DNA from: Candidatus Moraniibacteriota bacterium
GTDB lineage: Bacteria; Patescibacteriota; Minisyncoccia; Moranbacterales; GCA-2747515
DNA length: 63,210 nucleotides
Reading direction: 5' to 3'
Assembly: GCA_023133275.1 (NCBI GenBank)
Contig: JAGLWU010000020.1
Span: 1 to 63,210, forward strand
In this document: piece by piece, positions 18,290-27,752 of the stretch
How positions within the stretch are numbered: the stretch's first letter is position 1
How the letters are laid out: each line of letters starts with the position of its first letter
The notes under the pieces: model-generated
What the model saw: only the letters and a program-made list of their open reading frames with translations
Told to the model about the DNA's origin: nothing
Databases searched by the model: none
Translations under genes and position numbers: made by a program

Positions 18290-18860
18290 TTTTAATATCT
18301 TCAGGATTGAATTTCTTTTTCTTGTGAAAAGTCTTACGTTGGCTTTTATGTTGCAAGGAAATTAATGTCGCTTTTATCGCATAAGGATTAGGAACAGAAC
18401 GAAACATGAAATTTGATTGCTGAGCGGCAGTTTGAATGTGGACATGTCCGTAATTCAAAATAGTAGGAATGAACCCACTAATATTAGTTGAAATATCTTG
18501 AATTTGCAAGAACCTTAACTCACTCACATGACGGGAAAATAAACCTTTTTGTTCAACATTAATTACTCGTTGATTGGTGATAATCCAAACATCTAAATAA
18601 TAGTCAAACCAAATTATAAAGCTGTATATCCAAATTATTAGCAACAATAAAGTTTGTGTAAAATAAAATAGGGTAATAGAATTTTCGTTAGTAAAATTGC
18701 TAAAAATATAAGGATTTAAAATTAAACCACCTAACATAATTATTAGCAAAATGATAATTGGAAAATATTGTTTTAAAATGTCAAACCAATGTCGATGAAA
18801 AACGTGAAGAACCTGTTCATTTTCATGTTGATTTGAGAAATAAAAGTCTAGAGGTTTCAT
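18270..18860 (-). CDS. bacterial PH-domain (bPH_2, YdbS/YdbT-like) membrane protein
   Basis: Two TM helices followed by YYLDVWIITNQRVINVEQKGLFSRHVSELRFLQIQDIS. Overlaps the LTD gene start by 20 nt. Confidence 0.7.
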   Translation of the reverse strand: MKPLDFYFSNQHENEQVLHVFHRHWFDILKQYFPIIILLIIMLGGLILNPYIFSNFTNENSITLFYFTQTLLLLIIWIYSFIIWFDYYLDVWIITNQRVINVEQKGLFSRHVSELRFLQIQDISTNISGFIPTILNYGHVHIQTAAQQSNFMFRSVPNPYAIKATLISLQHKSQRKTFHKKKKFNPEDIKNGQTQK

Positions 18861-18919
18861 AATTTTTTTAAATTTTTATAAAAATATTTTTTTATTTAAA
18901 TAAAAAGTTACATTTTTTA

Positions 18920-19144
18920 CTAATAATAAAGATTGGACGGCAAAAAGTTATTAAATGGAAGTTGAATGAAAAAGTAAACATTGGTAATTATTAAAGCGGT
19001 TGTGATGATGAAAAAAATGATTATCATTGGACTGGTTAGTCGGGGATTGATGGAATATTTTTTTAAATGGAAAGTGGCGAGGAATCCTACTGTTAGAATT
19101 CCTATGATGAAAAAGAAATGAATTATACTTAGAATTATTATCAT
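18920..19144 (-). CDS. small two-TM membrane protein
   Basis: 74 aa, entirely hydrophobic helices, located between ruvB and the bPH gene. Confidence 0.4.
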   Translation of the reverse strand: MIIILSIIHFFFIIGILTVGFLATFHLKKYSINPRLTSPMIIIFFIITTALIITNVYFFIQLPFNNFLPSNLYY

Positions 19145-19235
19145 TTTTTGCCTTTATTATTAAATTTTTATTAAGTTATTTTTCTTAATTTATTTTAAAC
19201 GTAGCGGTGCTACGTTTTTACAAATTTAAAATTGT

Positions 19236-20255
19236 TTACTTATTCAATTTCTTAATATGTTCATAACCCAATTCCGTAACAATCCTACCACGAGGCGAAC
19301 GAGTAATCAAACCCAATTGCATCAAAAACGGTTCATAAACATCCTCAATCGTTTGTACTTCCTCAGAAAGAGCATTGGCAATCGTCTGAATTCCAACTGG
19401 GCCACCTTTAAACTTTTCAATAATTAATTGTAAAAAAGCACGATCAGTAGACTCTAATCCCTTTTCATCAACATCTAACATATCTAAAGTTTTCTCAGCA
19501 ACAAAATCATCAATATTTTCATTATCATGAACTTCTGACCAATCTCTTGCTCTTTTCAAAAGTCGGTTGGCAATTCGAGGAGTTTGTCGGGCAGACCTTG
19601 CTAATTTTTGAGAACCTTCTGTAGTTATTTGACAATTTAAAATTGTCGCATTTCGAGTAATAATTTCTTGAATATTATCTTCCCCGTAAAATTCCAGTCG
19701 GTGAATTACTCCAAATCGATCTCGCAATGGTCCAGTCAGCGATCCCATTCTCGTTGTTGCTCCGATCAATGTAAATTTCGGCAAATCAATTTGTAAGGCT
19801 TGAGCACTCGGTCCTTTCCCTACCACTAAATCCAGTTTGTGATCTTCCATGGCAGGGTAGAGAACTTCTTCGACAGATTTATTCAAGCGATGAATTTCAT
19901 CAATAAAAAGAACGTCGCCGTCTTGCAAATTAGTTAAAATTGAACCTAAATCGCCAACTCGTTCAATCGCTGGACCAGAGGTAGTTTTTATATTCACATT
20001 CATTTCTTTGGCAATAATATTCGCCAAAGTTGTTTTTCCTAAACCGGGAGGTCCGTAAAGTAAGATGTGTTCTAAGGAATCACCTCTTTTTTTTGCAGCC
20101 CCGAGAAATATTCGTAATTGTTTTTTTATTTTTTCTTGTCCAACATATTCATCTAGTTTTTGTGGTCGTAAAGTTAATTCAAAAGGCAATTCTTTTGTTT
20201 CGGTGATTTTTTCTTTTTCGTTATTTACAGGTTTGTCGCTTTCTTTTTCGATCAT
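19236..20255 (-). CDS. ruvB: Holliday junction branch migration ATPase RuvB
   Basis: [22 protein letters not shown] (Walker A), LFIDEIHRL (Walker B), [15 protein letters not shown] place the start at the ATG at 20255. The ORF-track TTG at 20297 lies inside an intergenic repeat. Confidence 0.9.
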   Translation of the reverse strand: MIEKESDKPVNNEKEKITETKELPFELTLRPQKLDEYVGQEKIKKQLRIFLGAAKKRGDSLEHILLYGPPGLGKTTLANIIAKEMNVNIKTTSGPAIERVGDLGSILTNLQDGDVLFIDEIHRLNKSVEEVLYPAMEDHKLDLVVGKGPSAQALQIDLPKFTLIGATTRMGSLTGPLRDRFGVIHRLEFYGEDNIQEIITRNATILNCQITTEGSQKLARSARQTPRIANRLLKRARDWSEVHDNENIDDFVAEKTLDMLDVDEKGLESTDRAFLQLIIEKFKGGPVGIQTIANALSEEVQTIEDVYEPFLMQLGLITRSPRGRIVTELGYEHIKKLNK

Positions 20256-20375
20256 TTGATTAAATTTAGACGAGTAAATTGGTAGATATTTAGACAATTA
20301 GATTTGTAAAAATGTTGTATTGTAATGTATTTAGATTTATAAATCAAACTTTTTTTATTCTTTCAAAAAATAATA

Positions 20376-20393
20376 GTGCTCGTCGCACGGGCT
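20376..20393 (-). repeat. GC-box repeat, 1 substitution
   Basis: GTGCTCGTCGCACGGGCT, whose reverse complement is AGCCCGTGCGACGAGCAC. Confidence 0.85.
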
Positions 20394-20435
20394 TTTTTGA
20401 AACCATAGTAATTTAAAACTCTCGTGATTTTCTGT

Positions 20436-20492
20436 GGGGGATTCTTCATTCCTTTATTTTTTTAAAGAAAAAATAAATCCGTTCAGAATGAC
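20436..20492. repeat. half copy of the palindromic unit
   Basis: GGGGGATTCTTCATTCCTTTATTTTTTTAAAGAAAAAATAAATCCGTTCAGAATGAC is the reverse of the left half of the 12073-12241 unit. Confidence 0.7.
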
Positions 20493-20564
20493 AGGAAATT
20501 TTAAAAAAACTTATTGGGATTATTGTACTCACAATACACTTTTATTCTTTCAGTATAACACCAC

Positions 20565-20593
20565 TTGACACGATTTCAAAACTGTGATAGTAT
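20565..20593 (+). promoter_or_regulatory. near-consensus sigma70 promoter TTGACA-17-TAGTAT
   Basis: TTGACA at 20565-20570, a 17-nt spacer, TAGTAT at 20588-20593. Confidence 0.5.
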
Positions 20594-20599
20594 TTGGAG

Positions 20600-20848
20600 T
20601 TACATTAAAAATTTGTTAAATTTCTTTAGGAATTTTTGAAATATTAAATATTTTAAGTTCTAAAGAATTATAGTAATTTCAGGGCTGTGGGCATGTTTGG
20701 GCTTCTCTATCTTTTGGCCTAAATATTGGAAGTTTTCGTCCAGATTGGGTAAGGTGGTTTCGGCTGTGTTATTCCTCGACATTTCTTCTGCCTCATTTGC
20801 ATCATTGATCATTGAGTTTGTCTACAGCCCTGAAATTGTTATTTTTTG
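20600..20848 (+). ncRNA. candidate structured non-coding RNA (unclassified)
   Basis: Promoter just upstream. A perfect 14-bp closing helix AATTTCAGGGCTGT (20675-20688) / ACAGCCCTGAAATT (20824-20837) encloses about 135 nt of locally GC-enriched sequence and is followed by GTTATTTTTTG. No long ORF. Confidence 0.35.
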
Positions 20849-20946
20849 AAAAACGACTTTACTTTAAAGTTGTTTTTTTGTTTTTCAAGTTGACAAATTA
20901 TGAGGGGGGGTAAAATGTAAATATAATTTATTAAAATAAAAATATT

Positions 20947-21828
20947 ATGAGAAATAGATTTGAGGGTAACAGTATGAGTGTGTCTGTTTCGCCACGAGAA
21001 GTTAAAAAAGAGATTGATGAGGGAATTGAGACTCATCAAGAGGGAGAACAATTAGACTATAATATTGAGGAAGAAGTGCCTGTTTTTGATAAAGACGGTA
21101 ATTTAGATGATTGGGAGTATTATAATTCTGAAGGTAATTGGGGCTTTATTGAAACAGAAGAAGGTTCTGTTACTAAGTCTATAGTTTTATTTGATAATTA
21201 CCAAGCTTCATTGGAGGAGTATAGTAAAATGATAGGCTCTTTGAGATCAATGAATAGAGGAAAGAGAAATCATCCAGATGTTGAAATATATAATGATCCC
21301 ATGAATCTTTATTTTAAATTAAAAGAAGAGGAAATAGATAGTATATGGGATGCAAAAATTAAACCAGTTAGTGAAAATCAAGAACAGCTAGATTTTTTGA
21401 AAAAATTAGATGATGAGGCTAAAAAAATATCTAAAGATATTTTTATTAATAGAGAGGGTTCAGATATTTATTTTGAAGGAATTGAATTAAATTCAGATGA
21501 TATTAATGATATAGTAAGTAGATTAAATGCTCCTAGAAAAATTGGGAGGAAAATGATTAAGTCTCCTATTGCTAGTGATGAGCATTTTCAAGAAAGACTT
21601 GAACTTGAACTTAGAAAATTTTTATATAAAATGTCTGTTGAAAAAAATCTTTTACCAGAAACTTCTGATAAAATGGAATACGTGTATGAAACAAGAAGTG
21701 GGTATGAATTTAGATTAAGCAATTCAAATCTTAATAAGATTGGTTTTGATGGGGGCGATGGTAGTAAATATTGTTATAGTATGTTTTTTAAGCCAGGTTT
21801 AGATAAAAGAAGAAATGAGAGTCAATGA
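20947..21828 (+). CDS. hypothetical acidic protein
   Basis: 293-aa ORF with no recognised motif. Confidence 0.5.
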   Translation: MRNRFEGNSMSVSVSPREVKKEIDEGIETHQEGEQLDYNIEEEVPVFDKDGNLDDWEYYNSEGNWGFIETEEGSVTKSIVLFDNYQASLEEYSKMIGSLRSMNRGKRNHPDVEIYNDPMNLYFKLKEEEIDSIWDAKIKPVSENQEQLDFLKKLDDEAKKISKDIFINREGSDIYFEGIELNSDDINDIVSRLNAPRKIGRKMIKSPIASDEHFQERLELELRKFLYKMSVEKNLLPETSDKMEYVYETRSGYEFRLSNSNLNKIGFDGGDGSKYCYSMFFKPGLDKRRNESQ

Positions 21829-21842
21829 TAATGTATGGATAA

Positions 21843-21875
21843 TAAAAACCACTTCTAAGTTGAGAAGTGGTTTTT
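21843..21875. terminator. bidirectional intrinsic terminator
   Basis: AAAAACCACTTCtaagttGAGAAGTGGTTTTTA between convergent genes. Confidence 0.7.
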
Positions 21876-21896
21876 ATTTGCAAATTTTCTGAAATA

Positions 21897-24800
21897 TTAC
21901 AAATCTGTAACTCTTTTAACTTCATCAAAAGTCGTAACACCTTCCAACGCCTTCAAAACACCATCCTGTTTTATCGTTAACATACCATTTTCAATCGCTT
22001 TCTTTTTAATTTCAGAAGCCAGTTCACCATGCGAAATCACTAAACGCAAATCATCGTCTATCACCAAAATTTCACTAATTACCGTTCTACTTTTATAACC
22101 AATTTCATTACATTTCTCACAACCAACCTTTTCGTATAAATAATTCATTTCAGGAATTGGAAAATCAATTTTTGGAGTAATATTTTCAATAATTTTTGAA
22201 ATAATATTTTTTTGTTCTTCTGTTATTTTTACTTTCTTTTTACAATCGCAAAGTTTACGCACCAATCTTTGAGCGACAAAAGCATTTACAGAAGTAGTAA
22301 TATCATCCGTACTAATTCCTAAATTTAACAATCTTTGAATTGCACCAATTGCATCATTCGTGTGAAGTGAAGAAATTAATAAATGTCCCGTCAAAGCAGC
22401 ATTTACAGCCGTTTCAGCCGTTTCATTGTCACGAATTTCACCAACCAACATTATATCGGGATCCTGACGAAGAAGTGAACGTAAAGCAGAAGAAAAAGTG
22501 TAGCCAGATTCCTGATCAATTTGAGTTTGCAAAATTCCATCCAACTGATATTCAATCGGATCTTCAATAGTTATAATTTTAACTTCAGGACTTTGAATTT
22601 CTTTTAACAGACTGTAAAGAGTGGTAGTTTTTCCAGAACCAGTTGGTCCAGTGTTCAAAATAATTCCATGAGGTTTTTTTACTTCTTTAATTATTTTATT
22701 TAAATTGTACGGACGAATTCCCAAGACATTAATATTTAATTCTACAGTTTCTCTATTCAACAAACGCAACACAACCGTTTCACCAAAGCCTCCAGCGATT
22801 ATAGAAACACGAACATCCATTTTAAAATCTTTCATTTCATTTTCCACTTCATAAAGAACTCGGAAGCGACTATCGGAAACGCCTTGTCGAACTGTAGTGG
22901 GAATATTACTCAATTCTTTTATTTTTCCAAGTAGCGGAGGATAATTAATTAAAGGTATTTCAGCTATATTTTGTAACACGCCATCAACTCTCATTCTGAT
23001 AAAAACTTTTTCTTCTTGTGGTTCAATGTGAATATCACTGGCTCTCAAAAATTTTCCGTAAGCAAAAATGAGAGGTAGCATATCTTGATCGTTGGCTTTA
23101 TTTATACTTTCATTAATAACATTTTTACCGTGAGAAAGCTCTTGCGACATTTTCTGTTTTTCAATATCGACGAAAACTCCACGAGAAAGAGTTTGAAACA
23201 TTAAATCATCGTAAAGACTTTTAATTAAATCACTTTCTGACGTAACTCTAAAAATTTCTTCCATTGAAGTAACGCCGTCAATTGCTTTTAATACACCATC
23301 TTGTGTCATAGTAACAAAGCCTTCCTCAATTGCCGTTTTCATAATTGCTGTTTCACTTTCCATATTTAAAATCAATTTTTCAATATTTTCGCTCATGGTG
23401 AGAACTTCAAAAATTCCAATCCGTCCTTTGTAGCCAGTTTGATTACATTTTTTACAACCTCTTGGTTTATAAAGATGGGAAACGGTTTTTGGGATTTTCA
23501 CTTTTGCTTTTGGAGAAACTAAAGTCAACATTTGCAATAAAGTTTCAATTGTTTCTTGAGCAGGTTCATATCTCTCTTTGCAACCACACAATTTTCGAAC
23601 TAATCTTTGTGCCATAAAAATATTGGTAGCGGCGGGAATTAAAGTTGGCTTAACTCCTAATTCTAAAAGTCGAGAAACAGTGGCTGGAGCATTATTAGTG
23701 TGTAAAGTTGATAAAACTAAATGTCCTGTCAAGGCAGCATTGATAGCAATGTTAGCCGTTTCATCATCACGAATTTCACCAACTAAAATAATATCAGGAT
23801 CTTGACGAACGATGGCACGTAAACCCTTGGCAAAAGTATAATTTTTATCTTTAGAGACTTCAGTTTGAGAAATTCCTTCAATCTCATATTCAATCGGATC
23901 TTCAATCGTAATTATTTTTGTTTTAGGAGTTTTGATATGATTTACTAAAGTGTAAAGAGTAGTAGTTTTACCAGAGCCAGTTGGTCCTGTCGTTAAAATC
24001 ATTCCAGTATTTTTACTAATATTATTTTGAACATCCTCCGCCGCTTTTCCAATCAAGCCTAATTCTGACATTTGAACATTGATACTTTCGTTATCTAAAA
24101 GACGCATCACAATTCCTTCAAATTTTTTCCCTGGAATACTACTGACTCTGACATCAATGGAACGAGTTTTATTAACGCTAAAAGAAAAGTGTCCATCTTG
24201 TGCTTCTCTTTTAATATTGATTTTCATTCCGCTCATTAATTTAATCCGAGAAAGAGCTAATTTATAAGTTTTGTGTGGAAAATTAACAATATCTTGTAAA
24301 ACACCATCAATTCTGTAACGTAATCGCACACCCTCTTTTTGTGGCTCAAGATGAATGTCGCTGGCATTCAATTTTACTGCCGCAGAAAAAAGAATATGTA
24401 AAAGCTCAGTGGTCGGCATTGAATCAATTTTATTTTTCAAATCCAACAGTTTTCCAATTCCTGTGTTAAAATTTTCTAACTCTTCGCCAGTCAACATTAA
24501 ACGCATCACGTCTATTGAATCGATAAAATAAGCCCCTCGATATTGTTTTAAGGCTTGTTCTAAAGATGATGGTGAAATTACATACAATCTAATTTCCCAA
24601 TTATTTGTTTCACTTAATTCATTTAGAAATTCTAAAGTATCGCTGTTCAACGGATCGGTTGTTCCTATTCTTATTAAATTTCCAGCTCGGAAAAAAATGA
24701 CTAGATTGTATTTTTCAGAAAGTTCTTGTTTTATTAAAGATACGTCATCACTATTTATTGGCAGTAGGTGTAAATCTGCATAACCCAAACTTAATTTTCT

Positions 24801-24917
24801 GGCTATTCGAGAGGCATATTCCTCAGATCCTTTTTCTTGAAGCATTTCTATTTCTCGTCGAGTTTCTTCTTCGTGGAGAGGTTGTGATTTTTGTGTTGTT
24901 TGGGTTACTTTGACCAT
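21897..24917 (-). CDS. pilB: tandem-duplicated type IV pilus / T2SS assembly ATPase (PilB/GspE x2 in one polypeptide)
   Basis: N-terminal T2SSE_N-like domain, then two full ATPase cores. Module 1: ASDIHLEP, GPTGSGKTTTLYTL, DPDIILVGEIRD, TGHLVLSTLHTN, CGC...CKKCNQTGYKGRIGIFE. Module 2: ASDIHIEP, GPTGSGKTTTLYSL, DPDIMLVGEIRD, TGHLLISSLHTN, CDC...CEKCNEIGYKSR. Confidence 0.85.
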   Translation of the reverse strand: MVKVTQTTQKSQPLHEEETRREIEMLQEKGSEEYASRIARKLSLGYADLHLLPINSDDVSLIKQELSEKYNLVIFFRAGNLIRIGTTDPLNSDTLEFLNELSETNNWEIRLYVISPSSLEQALKQYRGAYFIDSIDVMRLMLTGEELENFNTGIGKLLDLKNKIDSMPTTELLHILFSAAVKLNASDIHLEPQKEGVRLRYRIDGVLQDIVNFPHKTYKLALSRIKLMSGMKINIKREAQDGHFSFSVNKTRSIDVRVSSIPGKKFEGIVMRLLDNESINVQMSELGLIGKAAEDVQNNISKNTGMILTTGPTGSGKTTTLYTLVNHIKTPKTKIITIEDPIEYEIEGISQTEVSKDKNYTFAKGLRAIVRQDPDIILVGEIRDDETANIAINAALTGHLVLSTLHTNNAPATVSRLLELGVKPTLIPAATNIFMAQRLVRKLCGCKERYEPAQETIETLLQMLTLVSPKAKVKIPKTVSHLYKPRGCKKCNQTGYKGRIGIFEVLTMSENIEKLILNMESETAIMKTAIEEGFVTMTQDGVLKAIDGVTSMEEIFRVTSESDLIKSLYDDLMFQTLSRGVFVDIEKQKMSQELSHGKNVINESINKANDQDMLPLIFAYGKFLRASDIHIEPQEEKVFIRMRVDGVLQNIAEIPLINYPPLLGKIKELSNIPTTVRQGVSDSRFRVLYEVENEMKDFKMDVRVSIIAGGFGETVVLRLLNRETVELNINVLGIRPYNLNKIIKEVKKPHGIILNTGPTGSGKTTTLYSLLKEIQSPEVKIITIEDPIEYQLDGILQTQIDQESGYTFSSALRSLLRQDPDIMLVGEIRDNETAETAVNAALTGHLLISSLHTNDAIGAIQRLLNLGISTDDITTSVNAFVAQRLVRKLCDCKKKVKITEEQKNIISKIIENITPKIDFPIPEMNYLYEKVGCEKCNEIGYKSRTVISEILVIDDDLRLVISHGELASEIKKKAIENGMLTIKQDGVLKALEGVTTFDEVKRVTDL

Positions 24918-25070
24918 AGATTTTTTTTGTTTATTTTTCTATAGTGTAACAGTTTTTTAAATTAAATAAAAGTAAAAGAGAGACTTAATGTTGCTTTGTA
25001 AATTTGGTTTGACTAAGTTTAAGTTTTAATTTAAAATATTATTTATAAGTTAATAATAAATAATACTTTT

Positions 25071-26198
25071 ATGAAAAATTTAGTTATAGAAAAAATAGCT
25101 ATTGCAGTTGGTATAATTTTTGTGCTTGTGATTATTGTAGTAATGTTTATTTTTAATAAAAAAGAAAAGAATGATATTCAAAAAGAGGTGGTTATTGATG
25201 AAATAGTAGATGTTGAGGAAAAAATAGTTGAAGAAGAAATAGCTGAATTTGAAGAGGTTGAGAATGAGAAAGAATCTATTGAAGAGTTTAAAGAAGCTCA
25301 AAATTTAAGTAGTTTAGAAAAAGATATTGAGCCTAAAGAATTTAAGGAGTCTGAAAAATCTGAAGAAAAGGAAGAAAAAACAATAGATAATACTTTAAGT
25401 AAAAAAGATACAATTAAAAAGAAAAAAAGTAAGAAAATTTTGTTTCTGAAAGATCACTGTTATTTTTTTAATAACATCAATAACTGTACAGAATATCATA
25501 CAAATATTTATTCTTTTGATCCTGAGGATAATAATATAGAAAAAATATATGAATTGGGAGAAACGGGGAATGGTTATTTATTTGAGCCAGAGAATAAAAA
25601 GGTATTTTATAGAACTAAAAGTGGAGGGGTGGCAGAATTGAGTTTAGTTGATAAAAGTTGGCGATTAATAATAAAAAGAGATTATAATGGTAAAGTCACT
25701 GATATGTTAATCGAGGATGGTAAGCTTTTCTATTTATCGGGAAGCTGTGGAGAAAATGTGAAATCTGATTGTATTTTGCAATATATTGACATGTCTACTG
25801 GCTTCAATAAATTTATTGCTAGTGATATTAAAAGTGAAGAGCTAAATCCTAGTTTAACTGGTATTGTTACTTTAGGAAGTTATGATAAATCTAAAAAGTC
25901 TTTGTATTTTCTAAATAGTATGGGTAAAAAAGGTATTATTGATGGCAGTTATGGTAGTTTATATAAAATAAATATTGAAAATGGTATTGTTGAAGTGGTA
26001 GGTAGAACTGGTGATGATGGATATTATGAATCGATTGGGAAACATTATTCAATGGAGCTGAATGATAATCGTGAATATTGTTATGATAAATTAGGCTTAG
26101 TAGTTGATTTAGGAGAAATAGCTAAAATTAGTTCAAGAGGAAGTAATGAAGGTCCGCATACTATATACACTCTTTTAGGGTGTGTTAATGATATTTAA
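25071..26198 (+). CDS. hypothetical membrane-anchored protein with acidic linker
   Basis: N-terminal TM helix, a Glu/Lys-rich segment, then a roughly 250-aa globular region. No motif recognised. Confidence 0.5.
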   Translation: MKNLVIEKIAIAVGIIFVLVIIVVMFIFNKKEKNDIQKEVVIDEIVDVEEKIVEEEIAEFEEVENEKESIEEFKEAQNLSSLEKDIEPKEFKESEKSEEKEEKTIDNTLSKKDTIKKKKSKKILFLKDHCYFFNNINNCTEYHTNIYSFDPEDNNIEKIYELGETGNGYLFEPENKKVFYRTKSGGVAELSLVDKSWRLIIKRDYNGKVTDMLIEDGKLFYLSGSCGENVKSDCILQYIDMSTGFNKFIASDIKSEELNPSLTGIVTLGSYDKSKKSLYFLNSMGKKGIIDGSYGSLYKINIENGIVEVVGRTGDDGYYESIGKHYSMELNDNREYCYDKLGLVVDLGEIAKISSRGSNEGPHTIYTLLGCVNDI

Positions 26199-26209
26199 CT
26201 TTCAAATTT

Positions 26210-27463
26210 CTAATAAATAACAACTTTAGTTCCAACATCTGCCCATTCGTACATCTTTTGAGAATCCTGAGCATTATGACGAACACATCCCGGACCAACA
26301 GGGGAGCCAATACTTTTAATACTTTCTTTACCTCCCTCTGGCATATCAGTATGACCCTCAGGCCAAACAGGAAGATCATGAAAACCATATTTACCATCAG
26401 AAGTAAAAGCCATCCAGTAAGGCATATAAACTTGAAACATATTAGACAAAGCATAAGGATGTTTATTATACACTTGATAAGTTCCAGTTGGAGTTGGAGT
26501 GTCAGCAGCACCAGTCGAATTTATAAAGCTCTCAACAAATTTTCCATTTTCAAACAAAGTAGTTATTTGTGCTTCTAAATTTACATCTATATATTTACCT
26601 TTTTTATTTTTTGCAACAGTAGATTGACGAGCAATTAATAATCTCTCGGCATATTTTTCAGGCCACTCTTCAGGAGTAGGTAAAAGAGTACTAAAAGTCA
26701 AGGCACCTATTGGGAAAAAACCACGCTGTTTTTGTTTTTTATGTTTTACGAATATAGTGATTGTATGAGAACCAAAATGTTTTACATTTTCTAATGGGGT
26801 AATTACTAAAGTTTGAGTTTCTGAATTATATTCTTGCTCAACTTCAATAAAAGGTCGAGACACTACTTGTATGTCAAAATCATCAATATTTTTGTTAAAT
26901 TGTATAGAAATTTTATTATTTTCATCAAAAACAAATCCTTGCTCGCCCTCGGCTGGAGTAGTTTTTATTATTTTGGGGTAAGATAATGTTTCAAATAAAA
27001 ATAGGTAAGAGGGAGTATTTTCTTTGAAATTTAATTTAGGAACTGACAAAGTGTATTCTGTTTCAGGTTGCCAAATATCGGCAGGGGTAATTTTTAAATG
27101 TGTTTTTTCAAGATCCCAAGTAAAGACAAGGTTTTCTTTTGGGAAAATGGCAATTTTTTCTTCATATTTTTCTACTTCAGCAATCGGTTTGGAAAATTCT
27201 AAAGAAATTTCTTTTTCTAAGTTGATAACTGTTTCGTTTAAAATAACAGGCTTGGAAAAATTTGAATTGGAATCCTCATCTATGTATAAGCTAATGCCAG
27301 CACCAGCTGAGCCAACTGGTAGCATTATTAAGCCAAATAAAACTATTTTTTTACGAAAAAAAGAAGTGATAAGTTTTTTTATTTCTGTAAAGCCGTTTGA
27401 TTCTGCTTCTGAACTATGGCTTTGAGTGCTTTTGTTTGCTGTAAAAGTGAGTGTTTGATACAT
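26210..27463 (-). CDS. L,D-transpeptidase (YkuD domain) with N-terminal Ig-like domains
   Basis: C-terminal GFHDLPVW...SIGSPVGPGCVRH is the YkuD catalytic H...G.GC.R motif. N-terminal TM anchor present. Confidence 0.75.
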   Translation of the reverse strand: MYQTLTFTANKSTQSHSSEAESNGFTEIKKLITSFFRKKIVLFGLIMLPVGSAGAGISLYIDEDSNSNFSKPVILNETVINLEKEISLEFSKPIAEVEKYEEKIAIFPKENLVFTWDLEKTHLKITPADIWQPETEYTLSVPKLNFKENTPSYLFLFETLSYPKIIKTTPAEGEQGFVFDENNKISIQFNKNIDDFDIQVVSRPFIEVEQEYNSETQTLVITPLENVKHFGSHTITIFVKHKKQKQRGFFPIGALTFSTLLPTPEEWPEKYAERLLIARQSTVAKNKKGKYIDVNLEAQITTLFENGKFVESFINSTGAADTPTPTGTYQVYNKHPYALSNMFQVYMPYWMAFTSDGKYGFHDLPVWPEGHTDMPEGGKESIKSIGSPVGPGCVRHNAQDSQKMYEWADVGTKVVIY

Positions 27464-27577
27464 TTTATTTTTGTTTTTAAATAAAAAAAGAGCAAATAGC
27501 TCTTAAAAGAGATCTATTTACTCACCCGATGACTTTATTATAGCATATTTTTTTGTGAAAGTCAAAAAAGTTGGGTC

Positions 27578-27606
27578 TTGATTCAAATAAAATTAAGTGA
27601 TATACT
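27578..27606 (+). promoter_or_regulatory. sigma70-like promoter TTGATT-17-TATACT for tRNA-Ser
   Basis: TTGATT at 27578-27583 and TATACT at 27601-27606, about 30 nt upstream of the tRNA. Confidence 0.45.
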
Positions 27607-27635
27607 GCCAGAGTGAAAATATTTTGAATATTTTT

Positions 27636-27724
27636 GGAGAGTTGCCAGAGTGGTCGAATGGGGCACACTGCTAATGTGTTGATCGGGTCAAACCGATCCG
27701 AGGGTTCGAATCCCTCACTCTCCG
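27636..27724 (+). tRNA. tRNA-Ser (anticodon GCU)
   Basis: Hand-folded cloverleaf. Acceptor GGAGAGT/ACTCTCC, anticodon stem GCACA/TGTGT with loop CTGCTAA, long variable arm TGATCGGGTCAAACCGATCC, T arm GAGGG-TTCGAAT-CCCTC. CCA is not encoded. Confidence 0.9.
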
Positions 27725-27752
27725 CATTTAAAAAATTCAATAAAAAAAACTT

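Noticed and set aside
20256-20297. TTG-initiated N-terminal extension of ruvB ([14 protein letters not shown])
   Set aside because: The extension is encoded by the TAGA/GTAG intergenic repeat (TTAGACAATTAGATTTG read in reverse). An in-frame ATG at 20255 gives a normal RuvB N-terminus.
20657-20812. 52-codon minus-strand ORF inside the candidate ncRNA (MINDANEAEEMSRNNTAETTLPNL...)
   Set aside because: It has no Shine-Dalgarno upstream and lies inside a perfect 14-bp closing helix with a plus-strand promoter and U-run. I keep it as the alternative explanation, not as a feature.
27522-27740. 72-aa minus-strand ORF
   Set aside because: It overlaps tRNA-Ser(GCU) at 27636-27724 on the opposite strand. 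The open frame is a by-product of the tRNA sequence.
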